From: Rhynchobatus australiae
Lineage: Eukaryota
NCBI GenBank assembly: GCA_034780895.1
Contig: JAUZTB010000118.1
Location: 56,725,228-56,789,227, forward strand
Length of the DNA stretch: 64,000 nt
Reading direction: 5' to 3'
Below are positions 1-13,259 of the stretch, in pieces. The position numbers were made by a program, and so were the translations under genes. The first letter of the stretch is position 1. Each line of letters opens with the position of its first letter. Below the pieces are notes generated by a model. The model had not been told where the DNA came from and did not search any database. It saw only the letters and a program-made list of their open reading frames with translations.

Positions 1-322
1 TAGATCATTGTCAGCGGGATGTTCTGCCACTGATGATTAATCCTCAAGAAACTTTGGATGTTTGTGGGACCGAGCAGTTTAAAGGGTATGCTCATGCAGA
101 AATTTGAAGGCAACAGATAAGGTAGGGAGTGAGATGGACAAAGGTGTTATAATGATGGATGGAATGAATAAGGGGTCTGAAGCATATTTCAAGTCAAAAT
201 GACACAAAGGTTGTGAACAGTCTGGTGAGCCTCAGGCAGCAGCTAGGTAGAAGAAATGAGTCACTGATTAGGAAATGAATTTGTGATAAATACAAAGGAA
301 GCTATTTTGTTTTCCAATGTGG

Positions 323-678
323 GTTCATGGACTGTTCAAAAATCTGACGGCAGAAGGGAAGAAACTGTTCCTAAAACATTGAGTGTGGGTCTTCAGGCTC
401 CTGTATCTCCTCCCCAATGGTAATAATGTGAAAAGGCCATGTCCCGGATGGTGAGGGTCCTTAATGACAGATGCTGCCTTCTTGAGGCATCACCTCTTGA
501 TGATGTCCTTGATGGCAGGGAGGGTTGTGTTGGAGCTGGCTGAGTCGACAACCTTCTGCAGCCTCATTCAATCCAGTGCATTGGAGCTTCCATACCAGGC
601 AGTGATGCCACCAGTCAGAATGCTCTCTACCGTACATCTGTAAAAATTTGCATGAGTCTTTGGTAACATACCAAATCC
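323..678 (-). mobile_element. Rex1/Babar-clade LINE, 3' ORF fragment (copy 1)
   Basis: Near-duplicate of 880-1070 (ttcaaaaatctga...gggaagaa.ctgttcct.aaa..ttgagtgtgggtc...); the minus strand encodes the same KAASxIKDPHHPGH/FRNSFFP C-terminus. Confidence 0.75.
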
Positions 679-757
679 AATCACACCAAAGCAGCCAAGA
701 AATATGGATTAGTTATCTAAATCTCAAATGAAACTAGTATTAGTAAAGGTGGCCATG

Positions 758-1070
758 AATCAGAATCAGGTTTATTATCACTGACATATGTCATGAAGTT
801 TGTTGTTTTGCAGCAGCAGTACAGTGCAGGACATAAAGACATAAAAATTACTATGTTACAAAAATAAATGGTGAAAAAGAGGAATAATGAGGTAGTGTTC
901 TTGGACCGTTCAGAAATCTGATGGTGGAGGGGAAGAAGCTGTTCCTGAAATGTTGAGTGTGGGTCATTAGGTTCCTGTACCTCCTCTCTGATGGTAGTAA
1001 CATGAAGAGAGCATGTCCCGGGTAGTGAGGATCCTTAATGATGGATGCCGCCTTCTTGAAGCACTGCCTC
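758..1070 (-). mobile_element. Rex1/Babar-clade LINE 3' end with tail (copy 2)
   Basis: ORF 851-1072 KKAASIIKDPHYPGHALFMLLPSERRYRNLMTHTQHFRNSFFPSTIRFLN is a typical Rex/Babar C-terminus; ends in aataaacc + (GATTCT)n tail on the minus strand. Confidence 0.8.
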
Positions 1071-1074
1071 ACTC

Positions 1075-1300
1075 TGGTAGTTTGTGAAAATAAAATTCTA
1101 GTTCAATAATGTTCCTGAGGGAAAGAAACCTGCCAGCTTTAAGGATCCAACCTATTTGTGATCCAGGCCCACAGCAATGCAGTTGATTTTTAAATGCTCT
1201 TTGAAATAGGTACAGCCAGCCACTCAATTCAAGGAGAGTTAGGGGTGGGCAATAGATGCTGAACTTGCTGGTGATGCCCACATCCCATGAATGCATAATA
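1075..1300 (+). mobile_element. SINE/LINE 3' fragment with the common shark 'gggcaatagatgctg...gatgcccacatcccatgaatg' tail
   Basis: Tail similar to 54860-54920 and (reversed) to 16170-16215. Confidence 0.5.
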
Positions 1301-4300
1301 AGTAAGCTATTATTTTGTTTATTTCAATATGTCACTGAGATAGAAAAGAAATAGGAGGGCAAAAAATGTGGATCCTTCAAGGACTCCAATTCAGGAGTAG
1401 GAAGGGAAGCCATCTTTTAGCAGAATAGCTGGATGTCAGGGGCAGAGTGTAAGAGGAGGCTGCAGACAGGTCCAGAAGGACAGGAGGATAGTATAACAAC
1501 ACTAAATGCAATCAGTGACTTTGAAAATAATGGACTTGTTTCTATAGCTGAAGTATATACCTAATCTGGGAGAGTCAGGTATGAAGATTCTCACATTGGA
1601 AAGATGGGCAAAGATTTGGAAGCTGACATTGTATTAAAAGACTTTAGTCACATTTTCNNNNNNNNNNNNNNNNNNNNNNNNNNNNNNNNNNNNNNNNNNN
1701 NNNNNNNNNNNNNNNNNNNNNNNNNNNNNNNNNNNNNNNNNNNNNNNNNNNNNNNNNGCAGACTGTGCTTTATTTGAAAAACTGTGAAATTAGTCACATT
1801 TTCATTTTTCACCAAAACTGCTCACTGGGTCCATACCTTAAACTAGGCATGGGTAAAAAAGTGAACGATAATAGAAGTTACCTTTAACATCAATGAAACA
1901 TGCATTTCAGTGTGACACCTAAGAGCGTAATTACTGTATACTTGACGTCATTAGCTGGATTCACACAAAGGAAAATAGTGATGTTTTCAGGAAGTCAAAC
2001 AGCAAAGCCCCTTGTTATTGCTGGAGGGAAATCCTCCTGCAATCATCCTTAATTGCTCTATCAATGATCTTTCCCCATTCTAAAGTTAGGAGTTCCAAAA
2101 TAGGACCTTGTAGTGCCTGTGATTTCACCTTTCTGGCTGATATGCCTTTAGTTTCTCATATGAGTCACATGCACTTATTTTTATTGTGATTCACCCTTTC
2201 CAGCATGGAGTGCTCACTCATGCCACTAGTATGCTGAGTTCGAGATGGGAATATCAGTTTTTACACAATACTGATCTGATGCCAGCACTACCAAATTGGA
2301 CTGTCACGGTTCAGTTTAAATCTCAGATTAAACATGCATGGAAAACCCAGTATTAAGTACACTGACCTGCAGTAAATTAATGGATAATGCAGTTTTGTTG
2401 ATCAATAATTGGAGGGAGCACTTGTTAATTGCCAAATTGCTGAATGTTTCTGTTTTTTGGGATACATGTGGATTCTTACCTAAATTCAACCTGACTCTTG
2501 CTCCTGAAAGTGGATGCATTGGTGACAATTACTTTGGGCCTTCAATGCATCAGAGCATGAACAGAGGCCCCAGGTAAGAGGAAAGTGGTGACAAGTGAGT
2601 GGCAATGTGTTTGTCATCCTGTGGACAGAACACCTCCCCATTTCATCTTGTTGGCCAAAGCCTTGAGAACACTTCTGGAACTCTTCCAGTGCCCCCTCTC
2701 AGCTGTGATCAGGTGTGGCACCCAGCAAGGTACCAAAACACATGGAATGACTTCCGTCACCAGCTGCAGCCACAGAGCACACAGACTCCTTAGATTACTC
2801 GGGGTTTTATGCCCTGCAATTAAACCTTGACTATGCACCTGCTCACTCCCATTCCATGCCCTCCTGGTGCAAGTTCCCAGCACTTCTGTGTCCCCTTTAG
2901 GAATATTGTATTTAGTTGATCCCAAGATTTCTGAGTCAGTGACAAGAAGCCCGATACTGCTGAAGATCTGTTGCTGCCATTATCTTTACCTACCATATGG
3001 AGTTACCCTGTCCTTCATCCTGGCTCTGAACTACTTTTAGACATATTTCATATCACTCACTTCATCCCCTCCCTGACATCATCTGTCCTGGTGAAGATAA
3101 TTATGTAGGATAGTCTTCTAGTGTCAGACAGACGCCCGAGTAATCTGGGGTTAAAGGCTCAATAAGCACAAAGCACTGCACCTTTGTAATGAGATCAAAG
3201 GTGAAATTTGAACTCCACACTGACAGGAGTCATGCTGCGCTTGTCTATGTTAAGGTCAGGCCAGGATTAACATGATTTATTTCAGGTTCAGTTGAAGCAC
3301 AAGTGGAAGTTTTAACTGAAAACCTCTGTCATTCAAGTTCTTTGTGCATTTCTGATTTGGGGAAAAAAAGACTAATGATTGGCTATGGAAAATAAATTCA
3401 GAATGCGCTTTTCTTTTTCACTAGCGGACTTACTAATTTATTTAAGAGTTGATCAGTTACATGCACCTGCCTCTCAAAGTGCTTGTCTTTACTAGAAGCA
3501 TTATTGCATAATGACTATGCAAATATATTGAAGTACAACGAGTAAGTAATTTCTTTGAGGTGTGGTTGAGATGAGAATAAAGATGTAAAATTCCTTTACA
3601 CCAGGTCAATTGGTCTCCTGATAAACCAATAATGTACTGTTTTTAGTTTATGTGCCAGATAATTTTCACTGGAATTTATTAAAGATGTACTTAACAGCAC
3701 ATCAGTCAGATTTTATCTTTTTTCCTTAGTGACCTAATATACGGGCAAACTAAAGATCATGGTGCCAGCAGCTGGAAAATATGTAACTGAAAGCAGAATT
3801 CTTGACTACAATTTATACAAAAAGATGTGCCAATTTATTTTTCTCCACTCAGTCACAATTTTTTCAGACAGCTGCATACTAAGCAAGGCTTGAAGTGCCA
3901 TCCTTTGCTTGTCTCTTTTAAGAAAGAACTCAATGAATGGCAACATAGTGGTGGTCAGCAATGTTTCTTTGACATAATTCACCTTTGTGGAAAATTTGCT
4001 GAAAACCACTGATTGTTAATAAATTGAATCTATCCATCAGTCGTACTCTGCTATATTTTGTTGGCAAGCTCGATGCTGTCATGAAAATGTTCGCTGGATC
4101 TCATCACAAAGTGGTCCGCAATGTGCTATAACACCCCATGTAAAACAGAAGAGCAACAATCCAAGCGAATTTAATGCTTCATTTGAATTACGTATGGTTT
4201 CATTTTATTGGAAAAATCGGACTAGATTTTGCAAATCATTGCTTCTGAGGTATTGTTCTCCCAGCTGGAAAGTATGCAGATGTTTAGATGAGGACACAAG

Positions 4301-5191
4301 GCTTGGCGATAATGATCAGTAATTTGTCGACAGCCATCGTCCAAGGACACATTTGAAAAATGACTCTTTGGTGATGGAAATTAGCCAGTACTTCTGTGTT
4401 AGCAGCTTCAGAATTCATAAACCAAAATAAACTCAAACAAATAATGAATTTTGATAGAATAAACCACTGAATAAAATTTAAAATCATGCCTTTGCTAACA
4501 AAATCTCTTGTTTGTATTGATTGAACTTTTCAGAAATCACCATCTTAATTACTTTAGTCCTCAATCTGTATTTTCTAATTTAAAAAACCCAACTCACTAT
4601 TTACAGCTTAATTAAGATGTATAATCACTGTAATGCTACTTTCTGACTTCATGCATTCTTTCACATTATAACTTTGCCGGTGTCCAGTGCATGAATGTTG
4701 ACAGTGTTAGAAAGCAGAACACATTTCATCTGCTGACACTAGTATGTATAACCAATATCAAGCACAGAGGAGCTTTGTGGGAGCAATATACATGCTTAAT
4801 ATTGCCCAAACAAGGCAGTCTGCTGCTAGTATTTGGCTGCATTAACACCTGCCAGTGATGGGCATCATTCATCATGGCTTTGGACAGAATTCAGAGGCAC
4901 TCTCTGTCTCTTGAGAGAGTGATCAGCTTTTGACTGGAGATCAAATGAGAATTATTGCTGTACCTTCTGCCTTTATGAGAGACACTTTGAATGTGTGCAG
5001 TTACACAGATGTACTGATCATACATCTGTATGTGTCCATGTTGTGAACATTGTCAGCTTATTGTGCCAAAGTGTAAAGTAAAATTAAGAATGAATACTAA
5101 ATAGTGTTATGAATTCAGTTTTATTCACATTCATCATATTTCAGAGCAAAGTAATGGGATCATATTCTGAACCAGGGGGTTGCAATGATAT

Positions 5192-5523
5192 AACAAAAGC
5201 AAAATTGCTGGAAGAACTCAACCAGTCCAACAGCATCTGTGGAAAGAGAAACCAGTGTTAATGTTTCAGGTCAGATCCTTAGAACTGGGGGGTGGGGTGG
5301 AAGCAGAAAGGTTACAGTTTTTAAATTAGAGCTGGGGGTGGTGGGGAGGAGTGAGGTGTAATACAAAAAACCACATGGAGAAAGGTTAAGAGGGATCAGG
5401 TGATAAGAAGCATGAGGACAGACTTAGCAAGGCATTTTAAAACAAAAATGGGGCAAGAAAGGGACGTAAGCATGACAATGGGAATGATGAGAAAGCATTT
5501 AATTTGAAGTTGGAAGATTCAAT
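5192..5523 (-). mobile_element. Penelope-like element 3' end (ORF end, pyrimidine-rich UTR, decayed hammerhead terminal repeat)
   Basis: Reverse complement of 5500-5523 and 5661-5699 reads GSLQPSGLNIE(F/S)SNF, matching the end of the GIY-YIG ORF at 27108-27428; terminal repeat at 5192-5290. Confidence 0.7.
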
Positions 5524-5661
5524 ACAAAACAGAAAATGCTGGAAATACTCGGTAGGTCAGGCCGCATCTGTGAGAAGCAAAACAGAGTTGTTGTTTCAGG
5601 TCGGAGACCTTTGTCAATTTTAGATTTCCAGCATCTATAGTTTTTTGATTTTTCACTTCTA
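5524..5661. mobile_element. Mini Penelope-derived terminal-repeat element inserted in another Penelope-like copy
   Basis: Minus-strand terminal repeat followed by the plus-strand tail (agatttccagcatct); flanked by gaagattcaat (5513-5523) and gaaaattcaat (5662-5672). Confidence 0.7.
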
Positions 5662-5700
5662 GAAAATTCAATGTTCAACCCAGAGGGTTGCAGACTGCCT

Positions 5701-6085
5701 TATACCACATGCCCTCTAATCCAGGGAGCATCCTGGTAAACCTCTTTTGCACCCTCTCCAAAACCATCACATCCTTCCTATAATGGGCTGACCAGAATTG
5801 AATGCAATACTCCAGATGTGGCCTAACCAGAGTTTTATAAAGTTGCAACATAACTGATTCTTGAACTCATTGCCTTGACTAATAAAGGCAAGCATGTCAT
5901 ATGCCTTCTTTACCACCCTATAAACCTGTGCAGCCACTTTCAGGGAGCTATGGACTTGGACCCCAAGATCCCTCTGTACATCAACATTCTTAAGGATCCT
6001 GCCATTAACAATATACTGTCCCTTTACATTTGATCTCCTGAAGTGCAACACATCACATTTGGCTGTATTAAATTCCATCACCATT
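5701..6085 (-). mobile_element. CR1-clade (HER1-like) LINE RT fragment
   Basis: MEFNTAKCDVLHF...QRDLGVQVHSSLKVAAQVYRVVKKAYDMLAFI in ORF 5767-6252. Confidence 0.88.
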
Positions 6086-6834
6086 TTAAATTTACAAATC
6101 CACCCATCCACATACATATATATCACAAACAGATATTTGTATATTTGAGTATTGTGATCACAAACTCTCCGAAAACGTTCAGCATCACCAGTGATTTCTG
6201 GGACTCTCTGGGACTCTCTGGTCCATGACTGCTCAAAGTGGAGTAGGAACATTTAGGNNNNNNNNNNNNNNNNNNNNNNNNNNNNNNNNNNNNNNNNNNN
6301 NNNNNNNNNNNNNNNNNNNNNNNNNNNNNNNNNNNNNNNNNNNNNNNNNNNNNNNNNCTCTCTGGGACTCTCTGGTCCATGACTGCTCAAAGTGGAGTAG
6401 GAACATTTAGGACAGTACAGTGAACTCTCATTTATCTAGATTTATGCTTCTGGAATTCTCATGCAATTGCCAAAATTTCTAAGAATGTTAAACAATGTCA
6501 TAAAATTCTCAAACAGTGTATTTTACTTCAAGTGTTATGCAAAATAAGGGTGTAAAGACATTTTTAGTTTATTTACATTTAAACATGAGTGCAGTGCCAT
6601 TGTGAACTAATTAGCAACAACATCCTCTTTGAAGATTTGGCACCATGTGATGATGATTGCAGTCATTAAGTTGATTTAGTTTTGCTTTATATTACATGAA
6701 TACTGGTTAGCCCTAAAATATAGAATTGCAATGTAAAACATTGTTATTTAAAAGGGTAAGAAGATGATGTATAGTTCAGCAATTTATTTAAAGTTTTATG
6801 CATAGAATACCAGTGTGCATTGTATAGCAATTGT

Positions 6835-7120
6835 TGACCAATCCTCATGCAACCAAGGCCCCTTCGTTCCCCATGGATGCCAGATGGATGAGTCTTGAGA
6901 ACTGTATTGAGAACCTTGAGGCCAGGCATAGGAAACACAATGCTTAAGTGGCAAAAGGAGCACGCCACCTCACAAACTAGCCACTCTGTCAGGCACCTTC
7001 TGCTCCTTCTGTGGAACAGTCTGCTGTTCTCATATTGGCCCGTGTCAGTCATCTCAGAACAAATGAAACCAGGGTTCATGGAAGTCATCCTCAATCCGTA
7101 GGGACTGCCTAAGAAGAAGA
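6835..7120 (+). mobile_element. RTE-clade LINE 3' end
   Basis: C2H2-like CSFCGTVCCSHIG..SHLRT and tail gaagtcatcctcaatcc..gggactgcctaagaagaag; homologous to 50460-50740. Confidence 0.65.
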
Positions 7121-7204
7121 CATTGCACTTGACTTGTGTCAGTACTGTTCATTAATATTACAAACAGCTCTCTGATTTAACTCTTTAATGAAAAGATAGA
7201 AAAA

Positions 7205-7740
7205 AGATTCTCACTGCATGGTTCTTTCATGGCTTCCAGATAGTCTCAAAACATTTTACAGACATTGAATTACATTTGAAGTATTGTCCCTTTTGTAATA
7301 TAAGAAACACAGCAGGTTGTTTGTGTGCCACAAGTTCCTACAAGAAGCAATGTGATTATATCCACGTGACCTTCAGTGTTGATCGGGGGATAAATATTGG
7401 CCAGAGCACCAGAGAAGACTTTCCTGCTTTTCTTTAATACAATGCTGTGGGATTTTTACATCCGCCTAAGACAGCATATTGGTGCTCTGTTTAAATTCTC
7501 ACCTGAAGGATATCACCTCTAATAGTAAATTGCAGTGGTATCTTAGCCGCTATTTTACTGAAGGGACTGGAGGGATATAGCCCATGTGTGGGCAGATGGG
7601 ATTAGTTAGGATTGGCATCATGTTCAGCACAAACATCATGGGCCAAAGAGCTTGTTCCTGTACTGTAGGGTTCTTTGTTCTAGAAACCTGGAGTGAAACT
7701 GAACCTTCTATCTCAGAAACACGACTGGAGTCACAATTTT
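7205..7740 (-). mobile_element. DeuSINE (SacSINE1/AmnSINE-type Deu domain), interrupted by a CR1 tail
   Basis: The reverse complement contains Deu-domain text (gtaaaaatcccacagcatt...tctggccaatatttatccc...atcacattgct...cttcaaatgta); a tRNA-like head remnant resumes near 7685. Confidence 0.7.
7555..7683 (+). mobile_element. CR1/HER1-type LINE 3' tail
   Basis: gagggatatagccc...gggcagatgggattag...atgggccaaagagcttgttcctgtactgta..ttctttgttcta. Confidence 0.75.
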
Positions 7741-7783
7741 TCAATTAAGTGCTTCTACAGGATGAAACAATACAGAGACTTAA

Positions 7784-8071
7784 TAAGATAAGATTTCTTT
7801 ATTAGTCACATGTACCTCGAAACACACAGTGAAATGCTTCTTTTATGTGGAATATTCTGGGGGCAGCTGGCAAGTGTCACCACGTTTCTGGTGTCAACAT
7901 AGCATGCCCACAACTTCCTAACCCATTCGTCATTGGAATGTGGGAGGAAACTGGAGCACCCAGAGGAAACCCATGCAGACACGAGGAGAACATACAAACT
8001 CCCTATAGACAGCGGCTGGAATTGAACCCGGGTCACTGGCGCTGTATTAGCGTATGCTGACTGCTACACTA
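7784..8071 (-). mobile_element. tRNA-derived V-SINE, near full length, (TCTTA)n tail type
   Basis: Minus strand: tRNA-like head with B box (gggttcaattcc), V-domain (gggtttcctctgggtgctccagtttcctcccacattcc), tail gtgactaataaagaaatcttatctta. Confidence 0.88.
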
Positions 8072-9429
8072 ATTTCAAACAGATGCACTCTTTCCTGGTA
8101 GGCATTCTAGGAAGGTTGGGAATATCTCTAATAGTACCTTTCCTCCTTCATGGAGAGTTCCTTAAAGAGAACTTTAATGTGGCAGGATCAGTGTTTAAGG
8201 CAGATTGGATTACAAGTACCAAGAATTAACAGATATTTTGTGTAACATATTGAAAATCCAAAGCTCAGAACAACTCTCAATGGTCACCGATGGATTTTGG
8301 GACGCAAGGGGAAATGGGGATGTATCAGCAAAGTGGGCTGAGGTACAGGATCAGTGAATGATGGTACAGACTTGGGGGAGCGCCTCAAAGCCCACTCCCG
8401 CTTTTTTTTACTTATGCTATTGGGTCACAGCAAGAGCTTGTCATTCCAGATGCTAATTTCTTTGGTCAGTTTTTGAAATCCTAGTTGTCGAGTCTATCAT
8501 TGGTGTATAATTACTGAAATTCTACTACATCCGACTGTGTAGGCAGATGTAGCTGCAGAAGCCTTTTGGTAATGGAAGAATGAAAACTAATGTTTTCACA
8601 GTGTAAAACAAATAATCCCTTTATTGATTTTCCTCATCAATGATTCTTAGAGTAGTGGATGGATATATCTGGAGAACAGATGGTTGAAGGGTCTTTGAAA
8701 GAATACAGTGAGATTTAAAACAAATGGAAGTTGAGTCCTTCTGGCTGCCTCTCATGTCTGCCCATCTCTGTTGTGAAACCCATGAATCCATCTTTGAATA
8801 GGCAATAAGCTGGTGGTCAAGTATATCAGCAACAACTCAGGATGCTCAGGAGGTTGGAAGACACACAGCAAATCTTGAGCAGTTTTCCTGGCTAAAAATG
8901 GCAGCAGCAGAATATTTAATGGTCTTTAAAGAATGTAAAATGTTAGACCAGTAATTTCAGTACTTCGTACATGCCAAGCTAGAAAAAAATAATAATTGCT
9001 GATCAATAACTTAAAAAAAATGCTGATACATCCAAACAAAACAGATAACATCTCAAAAGCTGTCACAGACATAAGTACTATCATAAATAAAGGATTAGGC
9101 TTAAAGTACAGAAGACACTCAAGTGGGCATAGCTTCAAGTATATTTAATGTAATTGGCCAGGACCCCCAGAAATGATGTATTAATAGAGGGGCTGAGATA
9201 AAAAGCAACCAACAAACCTGTTGCTGAAAGTTTCTTGTGTGCCACCAGTCTCCTAATCCAACACTTACAGCATGTTGGAACTTTACTATTAGGCCCAATA
9301 TGTCTGTCCCCATTCAGTAGCAACTCAGGAACAAAAATATCAGATTGTACAAGCGCTGACATAACCATGTTAAATATGCAAGTTTCCGTTCCAACTAGGA
9401 AAGAGTAAGTTGCCTGTCTTTTTTTACTA

Positions 9430-10480
9430 TGTACTTTGCTCACACAACTCTCACTTGACAAGCTGTCCTCATAACTATAATTCTCCATCCCTGTAATATC
9501 CTCAAATTTCCTCTGCACTCTCCCTAGTGGGACCACATTCCCCCTGTAGATGTCAGGGATATGAGCCAGATTCACAGCACAGCAGTGTGCAGCAGGAGGG
9601 AGGGCAGTAGATCACACCAGGTTCCTGGTGCAGCAGTTAAATTTAACTGAAATGTACACAGAACTCAAGTTGTAGCCTCGCCAATGTTCTGTACAGTTCT
9701 AGTGTGAGCTCTCTGCTTGTATTCTAATTCTTAGGCAAAATAAGTCATGTATCCCATTTGTTGTCTTAATCGTATTATCAACTGGTTCTGCTACTTTTAG
9801 ATGAATGATAAAATGCTAAGAAGTATAAGGGAACAAAGGAATTTTGGAGAACATGTTCTCAAATCTCAAAAGGTGCTTTTTGTTTTTTTTCATAATTAGG
9901 CCTTTTAGAAGGGCTTTAAGACTTATTTCTGTCCAAAAAGTACTAAATTGTTTCAGTGCGGTAATCTTTAATTATGGAATCTTAGTCTTTTAAATAGAGG
10001 CATAAAGAGTCCAAAAGCAAGAAAGATATGGTGAATGTTTAAGAATCTGTGACTAAACCTCAGCATGAATATTGCTTTCAATTTTGGGTGTCTTTGGAAA
10101 GGGATCAAGAGATTTGGAGGTGCAGAAGAAATTTACTAGAATGGTACTGGAGATAAGAAACTTAAGTTGCTTGGAGGGGCTGGTGAGAATGGGATTTGTC
10201 TCCTTGGAATAGAGAAGGTTAGGAGAAGGTTGACATAAAATTATGCTTTGATAAACTAAGAAGAAACTGCTTCTTTCTGACAGGTTAACGGGTCATTATC
10301 CAAAGGGTACAGATTAAACAAATTTAAAGGACAGAGATAATGAGATCTACATTTTTTCTATGCAGCTAGTTATTGTAGCCTGAAAAAATTGGCCTGAATA
10401 TATGGATTGTGTACATTCTTTCCGATAGGAATTGATTTGAAGGGAAGAATGTTACAGGTTTATGGGGAAGAGGTAGACAA
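9430..10480. mobile_element. Decayed CR1-type LINE fragments (minus about 9430-9800, plus about 9800-10480)
   Basis: LGRVQRKF..ITGMENYSYED on the minus strand; gtgcagaagaaatttactagaatggtac...tccttggaatagagaaggttagg on the plus strand. Confidence 0.55.
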
Positions 10481-12019
10481 GTGNNNNNNNNNNNNNNNNN
10501 NNNNNNNNNNNNNNNNNNNNNNNNNNNNNNNNNNNNNNNNNNNNNNNNNNNNNNNNNNNNNNNNNNNNNNNNNNNNNNNNNNNAAGTGAGTCAGAATGGA
10601 TAGATCTTTAAGATTTTGCAGAATATGGAGGACATATAGCATCACCTCCTTTCTGTGAATTATGAGTCTATGATTCTATAAAACAAAATTTTGTTTTATT
10701 AGAAGCACCAACCCATTTACAGTAGGAAGGTTGACAGTCGCATCTGTTTGTTATTATCACCAGCACCAATTTCCAGTCTATTTTGCTCTTTGAGTGCTGT
10801 CAAAAAACTTCCTTTTAACAAGAAACAAAAAAAGGGTTTCTATCTGAATATTGTAAATCAAGTTGCATTTAACTAATTACCTCCACTTTATTGTTTGCCA
10901 ATTGATTAATGGATTTTTGCTTCAGAAATTCTCATCGATTTTAATGACACTTATTTGTCAGAGTGGGCATTTTATGTGGATATCATATATTAATAAAGAA
11001 ACGCACTGCTTTATGCACTTGAATGAACTATTTTTAAAATTACCAAATATAACCAGATGCTGAAATCTACCCACAAGAAGGCCAGATGTTTCCATTACAT
11101 ATCATAGGGATAAATACAAGAGTCTCCATGCAGATTTCTTTTATATCAAACAAAGCATCCTTCCTACTATCTTTCAAAAGCTTGACATTTCCAGTGTGTC
11201 AATTAAAACAGTCAAGTAAAGAAAGACTGCTCATGCATTCACCTGAGGAAACAACCTCCTTATCTCAAGAAGTTTTTGCACCAGTCTTTGCTTTGCTTAT
11301 CTTTGTTTTAGGTAATAAACAGGCATACTCCAAAAAGTTTCTCTGAGGAAAATAAGAATTATTTAACAGTGATTACCTTGCAGGTTTTTTATGATGTCAG
11401 CTATTGTAGCTATTTGGGAAATTTTTAGATAAGTGCATCTGTAACTGAATTCTTGCTCATCTTCAGCACATAAGGTTTTTCTGCATTGAAGACTTGCACA
11501 ATTGACATTTGGAGAAAATAGCAACTGAGTTGATTATCACATTGTTTGGTTCAACTGGTTGGTCAAAGAGGATCCAATCATAACTTTTAATTAATCACAT
11601 TGGTTCATTGCAAATCCAAATGAAAAAGCAAGACAACAAGCTGACACCTGGGTTTAAACAGTGACTGACAGCTTGCCACTGATGATCATAAGAGCACAGG
11701 TATTGCCAGTTTCTCAAGGACAGACCCCTGCTTACAAAGACATCTGTGATTATGTATCAATAACATATGTAATATAGATTGCTGCAACTGGAGATTGAAA
11801 TATATTTTAAAATCTATCTTTTCTATTTACTGGAAGCTGATTTAGTATCTTAGTGCACACAGCAATAGTTCAATGGAAAATGCATTACTGAGTTCTTTGG
11901 CACATGTGAAGTAAGATACTAATGCTCTTCCCAGTTAGCCTGCTGGTTCCTCCCGCAATATAAAGCAGTGAGCCCAGATATTTTGATTATCATTTTGACA
12001 ATAACATTATTATAACAAT

Positions 12020-12455
12020 AAAAGAAAGAATTTCCATTTCTTCAATATCCTTCATGATATCAGAACAATCTAAAGTGCCTCAAAGCTTGTTAAAGTATTT
12101 TGAAGTACAGTGTCTTTTTCAATGTAGGGAAAAAAAAACAAGAACCAATTACTATTTCTACATGATTACAGAAACTATAAATAGATAGGACCAGATAATT
12201 TGATTTTTTTAGTGATGTCTGGGGCAGAGCTATTGGACAGAGTACTAGCAGAAATCACCAGGCCTTATTTAATGATTGTCAAGGCATCTCTTGCATCAGC
12301 TTTGGAGGGTAGTTGAGACTTGGGTTTAAGATCTCAGCCTAAAATGTAATTCCAACATTGCAGCACTTCTGGGCACTTCACCCTGTGCCATTGAAAAAGG
12401 AGTGAGTCCTGAGATTCTCTGACTCACAAGCAGGAGTGCTTACCATTGAGCTAAG
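12020..12455 (-). mobile_element. DeuSINE, old copy
   Basis: Collinear with 7205-7740 (tttgaagtacagtgtc, ccagataatttg..ttagtgatgt, gggtttaagatctc, tctgactcacaagcaggagtgcttaccattgagc). Confidence 0.65.
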
Positions 12456-13259
12456 GTTGTTGCTGGAAGCAGTTGCAATATCTAATATCTCCTACAGCAT
12501 CCAAACATTTTAGAGAAATCCGTTTCAGTCTGCAAGGAAACACAAGTCTGTGTGGTAGGTGGCATGTGTATAATGCAGGTGTACAAATGTAATAAATCCA
12601 ATTGAAAATGGTGTGGCTGTAATTGCATTCCCAGAGTGGCAATTTTGCTGGAGTGGATACACTTCAAGAACAGATGGAGGTGAGGTACAAATCAGCCCAC
12701 TTGAGGGTGTAATTTGGCTCATGGGGTTGAATGACGTACTTGTATCGTGAGATGGCAAATCCCAAACTAATTTATTGTGCGGAGTGCTTGAATCCCAGCT
12801 TTATTCGGTGAATGCATCTGTTACATCTGCATTTCATTACTGATAAGGTGGCCTCATTGGATGATATCCTATCATGTCCAGAATTATAAACATCAGATGC
12901 TGGAAAGCTAAACTGGATATGCAAATTGCAAATTTGAATTTGGGATTTGAGTCTTGTGTACTGTACTGCATCTTTGAAATGATGACCACATAACATTAAG
13001 TTTTGGAGTGCAATCCAACATTCTGTCTAGGTAGTATCCAAGGATAAATGAACTTATTGATTAATTATGGTAAAATCCCTTCAATCAGAATTGGGAAGCA
13101 CTTGTTATTCTTTTTAATTAAAACAAAACTATAACTTCAAACTTAATATTTTCTTATTTCAAAGTAGCACATTCCCAAAAATGATTAAATGGGATCTACA
13201 GATAAAATTGAATAGTCAATAGTCTGGTAGTTTTGTTCAGTATTAGGAAGGCCAAGAAA

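Noticed and set aside
3330-3560. Putative conserved enhancer (ATGCAAAT and TAAT motifs)
   Set aside because: Such short motifs are expected by chance in AT-rich DNA, and conservation cannot be assessed from one sequence.
6197-6410. Apparent direct repeats flanking roughly 100-N gaps (also at 15568/15683, 16922/17037, 28256/28374, 43638/43769, 63703/63839)
   Set aside because: The same sequence sits immediately on both sides of fixed-size gaps, which indicates unmerged contig overlaps (assembly artefact) rather than biological repeats or TSDs.
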